A DNA stretch of 64,000 bases. Origin: the human T2T-CHM13v2.0 reference genome, Homo sapiens. A program made the translations under genes and the position numbers. The DNA lies in contig CP068257.2 of assembly GCA_009914755.4 (NCBI GenBank), positions 38,240,001-38,304,000 of the forward strand, read 5' to 3'. A model generated the notes under the pieces. It was given only the letters and a program-made list of their open reading frames with translations, was not told the origin of the DNA and made no database searches. The first letter of the stretch is position 1. Each line of letters starts with the position of its first letter. Positions 11,650 to 24,662 of the stretch are shown here, piece by piece.

Positions 11650-12789
11650 GTGAGTGATGCTTCGACCTGGAGAGGGAAACTTAGGAGTGAGAAGGGACCT
11701 CGGCTGAAGGATTAGTCTCAGGAAATGTGAGGGACTTAGCAGTGCTGAGGAACAAATTAATCCTGTAATTATTTGCTTGGAGAACTGACAGGATTAATCT
11801 CTTGGTTTGAATGGTAAGTGCAGAAATTGGTTAAGTTTGCAACTTCTACAATTAGCCTGAGGAGGAGAAAGGTTTGCTTTCTGATTGAATGGTGACTTTG
11901 AAAAGTGCTTTGGGTTTTAGAGCTCAGAAGAGAAAGCCAAATGTTTTATTCTCTTACGAAGATGCGTGTCTTTGCATGATTCCCGCGGTGATACCTTTCA
12001 GAATGTGAGTGGGCAGGTGGTCATCTGGTGAATGCAAGCCATGGAAGGGAAGGGGACAAGGTGGGGAAAGGGCTGGCCGTTGGGTGGCATTTCATGGCTC
12101 AGTTGTACAAACTACCTCTGCAGTTAATCAGAGCACCAGGGAAAGAAATGCAAAAAGTAGTAGGAACTGGGAAACATCCGTGTGTATAGATCTGTGGCTC
12201 TAAGACCGGAGGCGGCCCCGGCAGAAGAAGAGCTACGATTTTGCAAATCCAAAGTCACTTCTCTAAACTTGTTTATACAGAATGTGTTTTACTGGGGCCA
12301 ACTGACAGCACGTTTGTTTTTCTAAAATCATCTTCTCCTTTTTTCTCATCTATGAAGCAGATTAGCGGTGGTACAACACCATTCTCTAATTCAACTCAAT
12401 AACCGAGCCAAATGCATCTTCATTTCCTCTTGGTTGGCACTTAAATAATTACTTTTAAAGATCTTTTATCTTCTCTGTCTCTTTTTGACAGATGGATGAT
12501 TCTTTTCTTGGAAGTCTAGGATAAAATTAACAACTTCAGAAATAAAATGCCTCCTCCCTGCTTTTATCTCTCTGATGGGTGATTTTTGATGTAAACATGA
12601 CAAGAAGAAGAGCAAAGCACTATAAAACTTAGAAATGGGGTTTAGGACAAAGCCAGGGGTTTGAGGCAGGGAGAGACCAACTGTGGGGTGGAAGATGGGA
12701 ATTCTCCCACCACCACAATCAATGGTACCTGTAACAGCAGCTAACACTTGCCTAATGGTCTGTGTGCCGACAGTGTCAGGCTGTCTCTG

Positions 12790-12975
12790 CATCTGTCACC
12801 TTCTTTGAACCTCTCAACAACTCCGTGCAGTGGGCACCATTATTATTCCCAATTGACAGATGAGGACACTGAGGCACAGAGATGGGAACTAAGTGGTTTG
12901 AGGTCACCAGCTAAAGAACAGTAGAGCCAAGACTTGGGCTGCAATGCTGGGTGGTTGACTGCCGGGTGAATCTTG
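12790..12975 (+). mobile_element. MIR SINE fragment
   Basis: …tattattcccaattgacagatgaggacactgaggcacagagatgggaactaagtggtttgaggtcaccagctaaagaacagtagagccaagacttgggctg… matches the MIR core (ttacagatgaggaaactgaggctcagagaggttaagtgacttgcccaaggtcacacagctag…). Confidence 0.6.
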
Positions 12976-14849
12976 ATGTCTAAATGTGTATGGAATTTGC
13001 TGAACAGAGGGGATGGCAGAGGTTGGAGGAGGAGAGGGGAGGTGAAGAGAAAGAAAGAAAGGAGCTGGGGCTCTGAAATAGAGATGGAATGATGAGGATG
13101 AGACCTCCATTTCCCACATGCTAGGAGGAGGGGCTTTCTGCTGGACTCTACAGATATTTCAGAAGCTTCTGTGTCCACATCAGCTCACCTTGCTTGCAAC
13201 AAGAAGGGATGGCTGCGTGGAGTGGTTTTTCTTTATATACAACTTATCCAATAAGAGTTTCCTATAGAAGAAGGACTTAGAAAGCAGCACAGCACTGAGG
13301 GGTGGCCTCTCGGGTCAAGTCAGCTACCCTGGGATTCTGGCTCAGTCATGCCGTCACTTGCTGAGGCTTCTGGCCAGCAAGGTGCTCATGAGCTCTCCAG
13401 GATGCTCAGCTCTGCTGGGCTCACTCAACTGTGCGGGTCTCCAGGGAGAAAGCGCGTGTTCCAGAGCTCACCTGTGATTAGGGTCACAGCCTGGTTCCTG
13501 CTGAACGGGTAATCAGGGCAGCTCTGTAGTCACCGCCCCGCCATGGCGCTTATCAGACACATTTGCAGGTTCTTGCAGGAGCTCTTGCCTTAGTTCCTTT
13601 AATGTGGATAAAAGCACACAAGGGGCACATCCCACTTTTCTGCCTCCCCTTGCTGCTCACAAAACCCCTCCCAGCTCTCTGCTCCTCATCCTCCCTCCTG
13701 CCCTCTTCTCCCCCTCACATCACATGAGGCCTCCTCCCTCTGACCATCAGCATGGCCACTGCTCCTGGCTGATCTCCAAGTTCCTGGGCATGTGCTCCTT
13801 GGAGAGCAGGAATTTGTCCTTTGACTAAACCTCAAATCTGCTTAAAATCTTTAGTAAAGTGCAACAGAAGCTCCTTTCTGGGTAGAGAACTCGATTCCCC
13901 CTTCATGGCACCCCTCAAGGGGTTTCTTTGGTTGGATGAATTAAATGTGGCTCCTAGTTTTAATAACTCTCAGGCAGAAATGGCTTTCAGATCATCATTT
14001 ACTTGCATGTGTGACTAATTACCAAAGAAAGCCAGAGCAATGGATTTTGCCAGACTTTCCTTGACCTTAGGATTGATTGGGGTCTGGTGGGCCAATAGTG
14101 CCTGCTGCAGTGCCAGGGCTGAGTGCCTGCTGCAGAGGCTCCGGAGCTCATTAGCTGCTTACCCAGGCCAGTGGGCAAGCCTGCTGGCTGGAGAGGACCC
14201 CAAAGTGTCATATACTCCCCGGGGCCTGCTCTGCACTTCCAGGCCTCCCCGCCTTTAAGGGAAAGGTGGAGTGGCAAAGGGAGCCTCGAACTGGCTTTAA
14301 ACTGGGCAGCTTTACAACAAGACGTCTTCTTTATTTCCTGTAACAACACTTTTTAGGGGAAATGACATGTGATAGAAAAGAACAGCTCAGGAAAGTAAAG
14401 TACAACGAGGAAAGTAAAGTCCAAATTTAGGGTAATGTGAGAGAGAGGAGGTGGTTTGTGGGGGTGTCTGATTTACATTTTGGTATTAAAATATGTCAGA
14501 TGTGCCTGGAGCAATCTATGAGATGAATTGGAAGAGAATGTAGCAGGGATCAGAATGCAGGCTTAAGTCTATCAGCTGGATCAGAAATCTTAACCATCAC
14601 AGCCTCAGTTTACAAGGTGCATTCTTTCTCCCTCATCGTACTCACCCAGGCACAAGAAAAATGACTACCTTTGTTCAGCCACTTCATAGAGCTTTTGAAA
14701 AAAGAGTTCCTGGAATAATGACAGTCAGTCCCACGTTCTCCTTTAGGTGTCTATTTTTAAGTTGCTTTTCAAAAGAACTCATTTAGGAGAGCTAGGGGCA
14801 AGGTTGGAAGGCATAAGGACAAACATCTGAGCGTGAATTTAAAAACGTG

Positions 14850-15300
14850 ACGCCCTTGCCCTGTTTAGGGTGCGGGTTGGAGACGTTCCAGGTCACGTAA
14901 TCAAATGACAGCTATTAATTGGACTTGAGACCCCTTTGGGAAAAGCCTCTTCGTAACCCCGAGTTTCACGGTCATGGGCTGGGCTTTTTTCTTGCTTTGG
15001 CGTGGATGGGAAAGTGCAACTCAGTACAAGGGCTGTGGCTCTTTCTTTCGTCTAGACATTGGCCGCAGGGCAAGGCGATGCCCATCAAAGGCATGGTTTG
15101 AAAAACATCAAGGACATTTAAGGGTAAATCTTTAGATACACATGTCTGTTCTTAGCACCCAAACAGAATCCATGTCGAACTTAATGTATACGTTAAAACG
15201 TACAATAATCTCTAAAGGAAGAAGAAAGCTGTAAATGGCATTTTTCTTGACAGAGATTGCAAACGGGAGGCTACATGCAGTTAACTCGTGAGGTGAGGAC
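14850..15300. promoter_or_regulatory. CpG-non-depleted, non-repeat intronic block; candidate conserved non-coding element / enhancer in PCP4 intron 1
   Basis: ~12 CpGs in 14850-15080 (obs/exp ~0.8-0.9 at ~50% GC) and ~6 more in the AT-rich 15100-15300, against a surrounding obs/exp of roughly 0.2. Contains homeodomain/TALE-type motifs (tcacgtaatcaaatgacagctattaattgg: TGACAG Meis-like, TAATTG) and a TGACG CRE half-site. No repeat family recognised. Confidence 0.4.
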
Positions 15301-16107
15301 ATAGAAAAAACATGAATTAAAAAAATGTTTTGCCACTGATTTTAAAATATCATACATACAACAGTGGTTTGGGGCTTACATAGTTGACTCTCACGATTGC
15401 CCAGTGGAGGGACTAAGGTTAAAACGAAACAGATCCTAAGAAGAGAAAGATTATGGCTTTGAGCTTCTTACAACGTAAGGGTAAACTCAAACAGATGCTA
15501 ATGGGTGGCTGATTAGATTTGTAAGGAGCTGTATATTTTAGACCAGTTGTTAAGCACAGATTCTGAGGGTGACTGCATAAAATGTGGGTTTTGCAAATGG
15601 TCTGCAAAACCCAGCAACAAAGGTCAAATGACAATTCAACTTCTTATGTAATTATAACCCCATTTGAGGGTGTACCTGCAGCAAGGACTCTGACAGATCA
15701 AGCAAGATCAGTTTTAGTTTCGTTGGACAACACCATGAAAGATACTCTTTCCTCTAATTGGGGATATTAAGTCCACATAGTCACCAGTTACAATCTGGGT
15801 TTGAAGTTCAACTTTTCCTAATAGAAAGGGGTCAAAATTAAGCAGGAATATGTGTTTCCCAGGGCCGATGATTGTTAAGAGTTGCCATAAAACTTGTTTC
15901 CCCAGTCATGCATTCTATGAAGAAATGCTGTGGGGTTAAAAAGTCTCAGGTTTTCTCTTTTGAATTTTAAGAATGACACAATGCAAGATGTATATTTTTT
16001 TTTCAAAAAGAAAATAAATGACTCATTATTGATTTTATTAAAGGTTTAGTGAAGTAGTACGATCAAGATGAAAAGAAAACATGTTTTTGTAATGGAAAGT
16101 TTCTTAA

Positions 16108-16436
<329 letters not shown>

Positions 16437-18921
16437 TGCGTTATTTTTTAAAATTCTAATTTCTACTCTCAGTGTTTCATTAGAGATGTGATCGGGGGAA
16501 GGCATTCACAATTTGTCTATGGTCCTTCTGTTCTTAGACCACTGGACACATTGAACTATTTGGACGCACAGAGAATATCAGGACCTAAGCCTGGGGCTTT
16601 TCATTAATTTAAAATGACTTTCTAGAAAGGTCTTCATACTGGGAGAAAAGAAGAATTTTAGGGGATGCATGCATACAGGTTTATGTTATATTTAATGATA
16701 TTTTTATGAAACACAACATTAAATATCCTGCTGTTAAAGTATTATAGGCTGCATAGTATTGATTAGAAGCATCCCAGACTGTGAACTTCCCAAAAGGGAC
16801 AATTTTATGTCATTCACAAGTCTGACTGCTGGTTGGGCACTTGGTAAATGTCCAGTTACTGAATGAATAAATAAGTTTTGGGATGTGGATTTATCAGTTG
16901 CTGTAATCAATAGGCCAGGCACCCTCTTCTCTAAATGTTGAGGCTTGTGGTTGGGATACATTTGGGAAAGATGTATTCCATCTTTTGTTCTTTACTCCTG
17001 GTTTGAAACCTGTGTTTGCCATGTAAATCCTTTTATGTGGGAAATGGGTGCATTGTTATATACGCAACATAAGTGCTCTCATGACAGTAAAAGAAAATGA
17101 GAAAAAATAAGAAGGATCTCAACAGAAGGACCTCTTGACATTTGGGAAAATGTCAGGGAAAATATGGGAACGGAGCAAGGGACGTAGAATTCTAATATCC
17201 TATGTTTCCCTGTTGTCTCCATTGAGACTAGCTCACTTCAGATAAGCTCAATGAAACTCAAGCAAAAGAGACTGTAGCCAGAGAGGCAGAGCCTGTGAAT
17301 ACCTTGGAAAGTGGTTTGCTGTATTGAAACAGAAAACCAATTTGACTGTGATTAGAAGAGAATAAGAGAGAGTCTAAGCAGATCTGTAGTAATATAGCCC
17401 CAGTGCCCAATCTCCATCAGCCCAGTTGTAAACTCTGGCATATTGTTGAAGGTAAACATCTAGCACGCGGAAAGCAAGTTCCATATTATTGCAAGGAAAT
17501 AATTTAATTATCATCTAAAATTAATTCTTAATAGCATACTCATAATATTAATTAAAATAAATAATTGATATTTGAATATTTAAATATTTTAGTAAATTTA
17601 TATTTGAAATAGGAATATATGAAAATTTATATGCAAAAAGGGATGGATTCAAATTTCTTTTCTTGGGGAGTTCGAAACTGAATTGCACGTCCATATCCCC
17701 ATGTGATTAATCTGATAGGAGCTCTGCTTTCCTATCATCCCCAGGGATGAACTATTTACCATTCTTCTTCCCATTTTTCAAATGAGGTGCAATGTGAACA
17801 ATGAATACAGAAACGTTTTCCAGTCACCTGGCACAAGGGCCTTTGGGGTATAGATATGGGAATGTTCGATAATGGATTGTTTTGTGCCACAAACAAAGCA
17901 AGCTTGCCACAGTCATCAATGGCTCAAACCTATAAATGCCACATTCATGTTGGGGCCATTCTACATGAACAATTTAGCATAAGCCACACATTCCAGGCAT
18001 GGGTCTGCTTGTATATTGTTTATGCCTCACAAAGAGCTCTGAATTTATGCTTCAGAATCTCACTGAATTTACTGCTCATTCCATTTCTGGAAGGGAAACA
18101 CTTGGCCCATATTTATGACATTGCCAGTAGAAAAATCAATCACCCACTAAATGCCATTATTTTATATTTTACTCTTAACCTGCCATTTTATAAATGAAAG
18201 GAAGACAAATTAGACTCATAAAGCAGGAAGGTAATCATCCACAAATTGAACATTTAAGGGCAAGGAAGCAAAAGCTGTGAACTGTTCCAACCATTCAAAT
18301 AAGGCAATTTTCCTCACAAAGGAGCTAGAATAGAGAGCAGGGGAGTCCCTCTCTTCAAGGTTTCTGCCCTCCATTTTAGGACAGTCTTGGACTTGGATGA
18401 GACTAAAACGTCTCCAGCCATACACGAGTCAGACCTCTTCCTCGTAGTTCAAAAGACAACTTTTGAATGTTAAATATTATTTACGACGGTTTGATAGCAA
18501 AATGGGATCCAGATTGGCTTGAGATCACGCTATTCCTGGTATAACAATCCAAGTCTGTGGTATAGTGGCATGACAAAAGACACAGTCATCTGTTCCCGTA
18601 GCACCACATCTGTGCTTTGGTCAATAATCGAATGAAGTAATGGTTATTTTAATTTTATATGACCTCTGAGAAAAGGACTCCAGAAGTTAACAAGACCCAT
18701 TAACATGTGTCTTAATCAAATAAGAGTAAAAATATAACAAGGAAACACAGAAACACAAGAGGGAGAAATAATATAATTTCTTCCTTTTTTTTCAAGATCT
18801 TTTTTTTTTTTTTCTAAAAAACAATACAAGCATCTGTTCATCAGGTGGTTAAGTTCTAGTATTTTAAAAAAAAAGCTAGTTAAAAGGTTACACCTGCTTT
18901 AAAATTTATGATTCTTATGTA

Positions 18922-19262
18922 CAGTAGCTCCCCCTTATCTTCAGATGCCCGGTGAATGGCTGAAAGTGTGGGTGGTACCGAATCCTACGCATGCTATGCT
19001 TTTTCCATCCGATAATACCTGAAAGTGCTGCTAAGTGGCTACGGGCAGGTAGTGTAGACAGTGTGGATACGCTGGGCAGATGAATGATTCATGTTCTTAG
19101 ACAGCAAGCGGTTTCATAACGCTACTCAGTAGAGTGTGCAATTTGCAACTTATGAATTGTTTATTTCTGGGATTTTCCATTGAATATTTTTGGACTGTGG
19201 TTAGCAGCAGGTAACTCAAACCTCAGAAAGTGAAACCAAGGAAGGTTAAGGGGGAACTACTG
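18922..19262. mobile_element. MER44/Tigger-like non-autonomous DNA transposon (MITE) with intact terminal inverted repeats
   Basis: The termini cagtagctcccccttatc… and …gttaagggggaactactg are reverse complements of each other. The interior (…gcaagcggtttcataacgctactcagtagagtgtgcaatttgcaacttatgaattgtttatttctgggattttccattgaatatttt…) resembles Tigger-family terminal regions. A TA dinucleotide flanks the left end. ~9 CpGs retained in 340 bp. Confidence 0.55.
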
Positions 19263-20279
19263 TGTGCAATTTCTTTATTAAATAATAGCCACTGTTTCGT
19301 TAGGAGTTGTTAGAGAAATATCACTTTTTTTTTTCTTGTACCCAGCAAAATGACTAATTGTATTTAGGGTTTTCTTTTTCAAATTGTAAATTTTCTCACA
19401 GTTTTTTTTTTTGTTATGCAGAGAAATCTCTGATGCAATGAATGGGTCAAATTTTGAGCTGAGTGTGGCTGTGTGACAGCATCCTGGGTGCTGGTCTCCT
19501 CATCTCTGAGGGGTGACAGCATACACACAGACACTGGTGCTGCCACAAGTCTGCCCATGTCCAAGACGGGCGATGGTGTGGAGCCTTCCTTTACAGATCA
19601 TAACTCTGCATCTTCCAGAGAGTTTTAGGTGGAAATAGCAACAAGCAAAACTTCAAACCATTATGCCATAGTGAGATCTTCTCCTTAAAACAATAAGGGT
19701 GACTTGACGTGATTTTATCCTCTTGCCTTCTATGACTTTCCACAATTGTGGTTGCTCTAACAACAACTGTCTGTTTTAGCATATCAATGTTTTGGGAACT
19801 ATCTTTTCAATCTTCCTGCAGATCCATAACAGAACTATGGAATAGTGTCCACAATGACTAAGGATATCAATACTCCCAAGTTTTTGATAGTGTACCTTAA
19901 TAGGGAAAAAATTTGACCATGTATACACAACAAATTTTTATTTATTTTACAATTATGTATACATGCGAATATGCCAATATAGTAAGAGTTAATCATTAAA
20001 GGAAGGGTAAGGAAATCTGTAATTCCAATAGACTTTTTGGTAACTGTACTTCTTTTTGAGTCTAATTTGATGGCTGAGGTTTTTAAGCTTGTATTGGTGC
20101 CCATGAAGACATCCTAAGAAAAGAAGGTTTAGTTAGTGCTTCTATCGTTTCCTTGGTGTTTGTGCTGATGGTGTTAGTATTATTTTCAGTCTATGATTTA
20201 ATGCAGAATTTTTCAATTAAATCTGAATATATATTTAATTGAAATATATATTAAATATATAGTAAATAATATATATATG

Positions 20280-20590
20280 ATTTACTATTTTAACCACTTT
20301 TAAGTGTACAGTTCAGCGGTATTAATTACATTTACACTGTCGTGAAACGGGTCCACAGAACTTGTTCATCTTTCAAAGCCAAGACTCTGCACCCATTCAA
20401 CAACCACTCTCCATTACCCCGCCCCTATCCTCTGGCAAACCCATTCTATTTCTTACCTCTATCAGTTTGACTACTTTTGGTACCTCCTGTGCATGGAATC
20501 ATACAGTATTTGTCTTTTTGTGACTGGCTTATTTTACTTAGCATAATGTCTTCAAGGTTCATCTATGTTGTGGCCTGTGACTATATAGGA
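20280..20590 (+). mobile_element. L1 (older L1M/L1P-type) 3'-region fragment
   Basis: …ccacttttaagtgtacagttcag…attacatttacactgt…ccattacccc…ctggcaaacccattcta…ctctatcagtttgactacttttggtacctc…tggaatcatacagtatttgtctttttgtgactggcttattttacttagcataatgtcttcaaggttcatc… is the characteristic ancient L1 3'-end sequence. Confidence 0.55.
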
Positions 20591-21546
20591 CATTTTAAAA
20601 GCCACTTACCTACTGTGGGAAGATTAGTTTAGTTAAAGGTAGATTGTATAATCTGTAAATCCTCTTAATGGAACATAAGGAACTGCAAGGTATCACATGA
20701 TGATATTCTGAGAGCAAGTCAACAGGCAGTGTGTCTGGGACAATCTCCCATTGTGGGACTCCTACTCTTTCCTACCCACCAAGTGATGATGTCATTATCA
20801 ATCCAGATATTAGCTATGAATGAAACCTAATTTTTAAATTGATCTTAGATCCTACACAAATATAAATAGAAATTCTAAAGTCTTCTTTACCATGAGTGTT
20901 TGTGGCAGTGAAGCACCTTACAACCCCAGAGGTGCCGTTGACACTGTGGTCTGTGCCAACAGCACTGCCTGGAGTTGTGCTGTGAACAACCTATGCCACT
21001 GAACATGGTGGCTCTGCCCTTCCTTGAGTTGATGTCAGCCTGCTTAAGGACGGTTGACCTTGAGAAAGGCTGTCGTTTTTATAGTTCCACTTAGAATTCA
21101 GGGAATCAGAGAAGGGCATCGTTGTCATTTCATTCAAAGCGGTCATTTTAAAATAGGGGACTGAGTGTCCAACGATGAATCTTGTGCAGAATCACAGAGC
21201 TTCTTCAGAGAAAACCTAAGTTTCCTTTCCACATTTTCCATGCTATTACATTTCTCATTTTCTGGATACAACCCAATTTCTTTTAAACCTGTCCAAATTC
21301 CACTTAGGGTTTGCACAAGTAATTTATTAAATTAAAATTGTCCTGAATATTTTTATTAGCCTTGAGTAAAAAAAGAACAGCCACAGAAATCTTGACAAAG
21401 CCATTGTTTTGTTCATCAGGTCTTCCACTCTATTTCTAGGGATTCCAGCTTCCACCCTGACACCCCCAGCCTCCCATCCCGTCACACACAGAGAAGCTGA
21501 GAAATGTTAATAATGCTTCCCTGTGGAATGTTTCATTAAGACCCTT

Positions 21547-22131
<585 letters not shown>

Positions 22132-23134
22132 CTAGATTGTGACGAGAGAGAGAGAGAGATTATGTCTTCTTCTATACCGTTTCATCTTCCCAGCACTATA
22201 TCATTGAACTCCCATTGATGGAGAATCAATAAGACGTGGTCCTTACCCCTTAAAGAACTTGTAGGGGGAGACAGAATCACATAAAATTAACTCTACTCTG
22301 GTGTCCACGCAGAGCTACAGGCCTATTCTCTGTATAAAGCAAGTGCCAGGATGCATGGGTTAATTTGCCATTGCTCAGAGCTGGGAAGGAGAGGAAAGAA
22401 GATGCTAATGGGTAACCTTCCCAAAGCAGCCGGGGCTTACAGAAGTAGGGGCTCAGCACACATTGATTGAAGAATAGCACTACGATAGCACTCTGCGAAT
22501 CTTAAAAGTCATACAATTTAGAGCCATGTGAGAATTTAGCAATCTTCAAGCTCATTGTATAGATACATGTCCATTATGATACTGTAGTTAATTCTGAACT
22601 CCTGCCTGGTGATAAAAATTGCTTTAAACATGTTGGACATTTTCTCATCCACATCAATGAATATTTGGGCTCTAGGGACTTGTTGCATCTTTCTTTAAAA
22701 GTGAAAAGTCTTCTGTATATTGGAAAGAGATTACATGAGGACAGTCAATTACATTTTTGAAAGTGCACACATTGGTTGGTTGTAAAATTTACATGATCCA
22801 ATTGTGAGAACTGTGTACATGGATTTAGGTATGTCTGTTATTTCCCTTTGTGAGAGTATCTATCCGTGCTTGCTCATGGTAGAGTATCATTGCACTTTGT
22901 ATCTCAGAGCTTCTAGTGGCTTCTTAACCATTATATTATTGTCTTTTCTTTGAAGTTTGCTCAGGGGATGGGCTCAACCCTGTATTTATAACTCTGCTCT
23001 CACATATGCTTAAGTCTTGTCAAAATATCTAGATAATACAGTGCCACACCTCAAATATTTCTGGAAATGTTCTATACCTCAGAAATGTGGGATATTTTAC
23101 CTCTTCTTGAAGAAAATTTTCTTTTCTTTCCTTT

Positions 23135-23433
<299 letters not shown>

Positions 23434-24238
23434 AAGAAAGTTTCTTAAAATAGATGTAGCAATTTGTCAAGCACCTCCACCAAATACCTCCTTCAAGTTC
23501 ATAGTTATTTTTCATCCAGGTTCCTTCTTTGCCGTCTTTAAAAATGATTCATTTCATTTCTCAGGCACTATTCTATGAATTTCCATGTCATCACTTTTTT
23601 GCTGAGTTCTTGCTAGGAGCCAGAATTGGCTGAAATTCCTATGAGAGTTCCCCCACAGTTGCATTTTGGATGAGGATTTCAAATTTCACATGACAAAATA
23701 TAAATGCCGCTAAATGTAACTCCAGAGGTACAAGCAGTGGCGTCGGAGGCCCCTTCTCTGGCTCCTTAATGCCCCCATTAGTATTACAACAAGGAAAAGA
23801 GACATGGGCTGAAGAGTCAGGCAGATACTGGCAGAAGTGAGTCCAGTTAAAAACACATCATGGTTCTGTAACCCGCCCTGCTGGCCCCCTCTGCCTTCAA
23901 CCTCTTTTGAGGTAACGTAGCTCAGAGTTCAGACATCCATAAAAGCCTGTGACAGGGAGTAGGGCAGGACCAGTGACATAATTTGTGGCCCCAATGAAAA
24001 ATCAATACGATGCCCCTTGTTAAACATTGATTAGAATTTGAAGATGGGGACAGCAACATATCAGACCAAGCCAGGGCCCTTCTGAGAGTGGTCCCCCTTG
24101 GACCGCATGGGTCACTCTCTCATGAGGCCAGTCCTGGGTCAAAATGAGAAGCATCCCAATTGCTTTTTAATGAACAAATTAAAAACAAAAGAGGCAGAGC
24201 TGAAGAAACATAATTCCATTATCTTTGCAATGTCTGGA

Positions 24239-24350
24239 GATATCTATATCTATCTATATCTATATCTATATCTGTATCTATATCTATATCTATATCTATA
24301 TCTATATCTATATCTATATCTATATCTATATCTATATCTATCTATATCTA
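24239..24350. repeat. (TATATC)n / (TATC)n compound microsatellite (~110 bp)
   Basis: tatctatatctatctatatctatatctatatctgtatctatatc… repeated ~18 times. Confidence 0.9.
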
Positions 24351-24573
24351 TTCCCTGTCCAAGTGGAAGCTCTCAAAATGGCCCAAGCCTGACCATGGAG
24401 GTCAGTGGGTGGAGGGTCTTTCCCACAAATCCAAGGGAGCTTTCAAGTTGGTTTGGAGGAAGCCTCCCTAGCAGCATGCTTGAATAAGAAACTATTGTGT
24501 TCAAGCATCAGCTTGGCTGGTGCTGAGGACTCTTTTGATGATGAAGTAATAAAATGGATTCAAAATCACTTGG

Positions 24574-24662
24574 CATATGCATGTGCATGTACATCTGTGT
24601 GTGCGTGTGTGTGAGTGTGTGTGTGTGCGTGCGTGTGAGTGTGTGTGTATACGTGTATATGT
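24574..24662. repeat. (GT)n / (GTGTGC)n imperfect microsatellite
   Basis: atgtgcatgtacatctgtgtgtgcgtgtgtgtgagtgtgtgtgtgtgcgtgcgtgtgagtgtgtgtgtatacgtgtatatg. Confidence 0.85.

Noticed and set aside
11300-11700. Calling a canonical CpG island at the PCP4 promoter
   Set aside because: CpG is enriched relative to the flanks, but the GC fraction and CpG count over 200+ bp fall short of standard island criteria. It is described instead as a weak, CpG-poor neuronal-type promoter.
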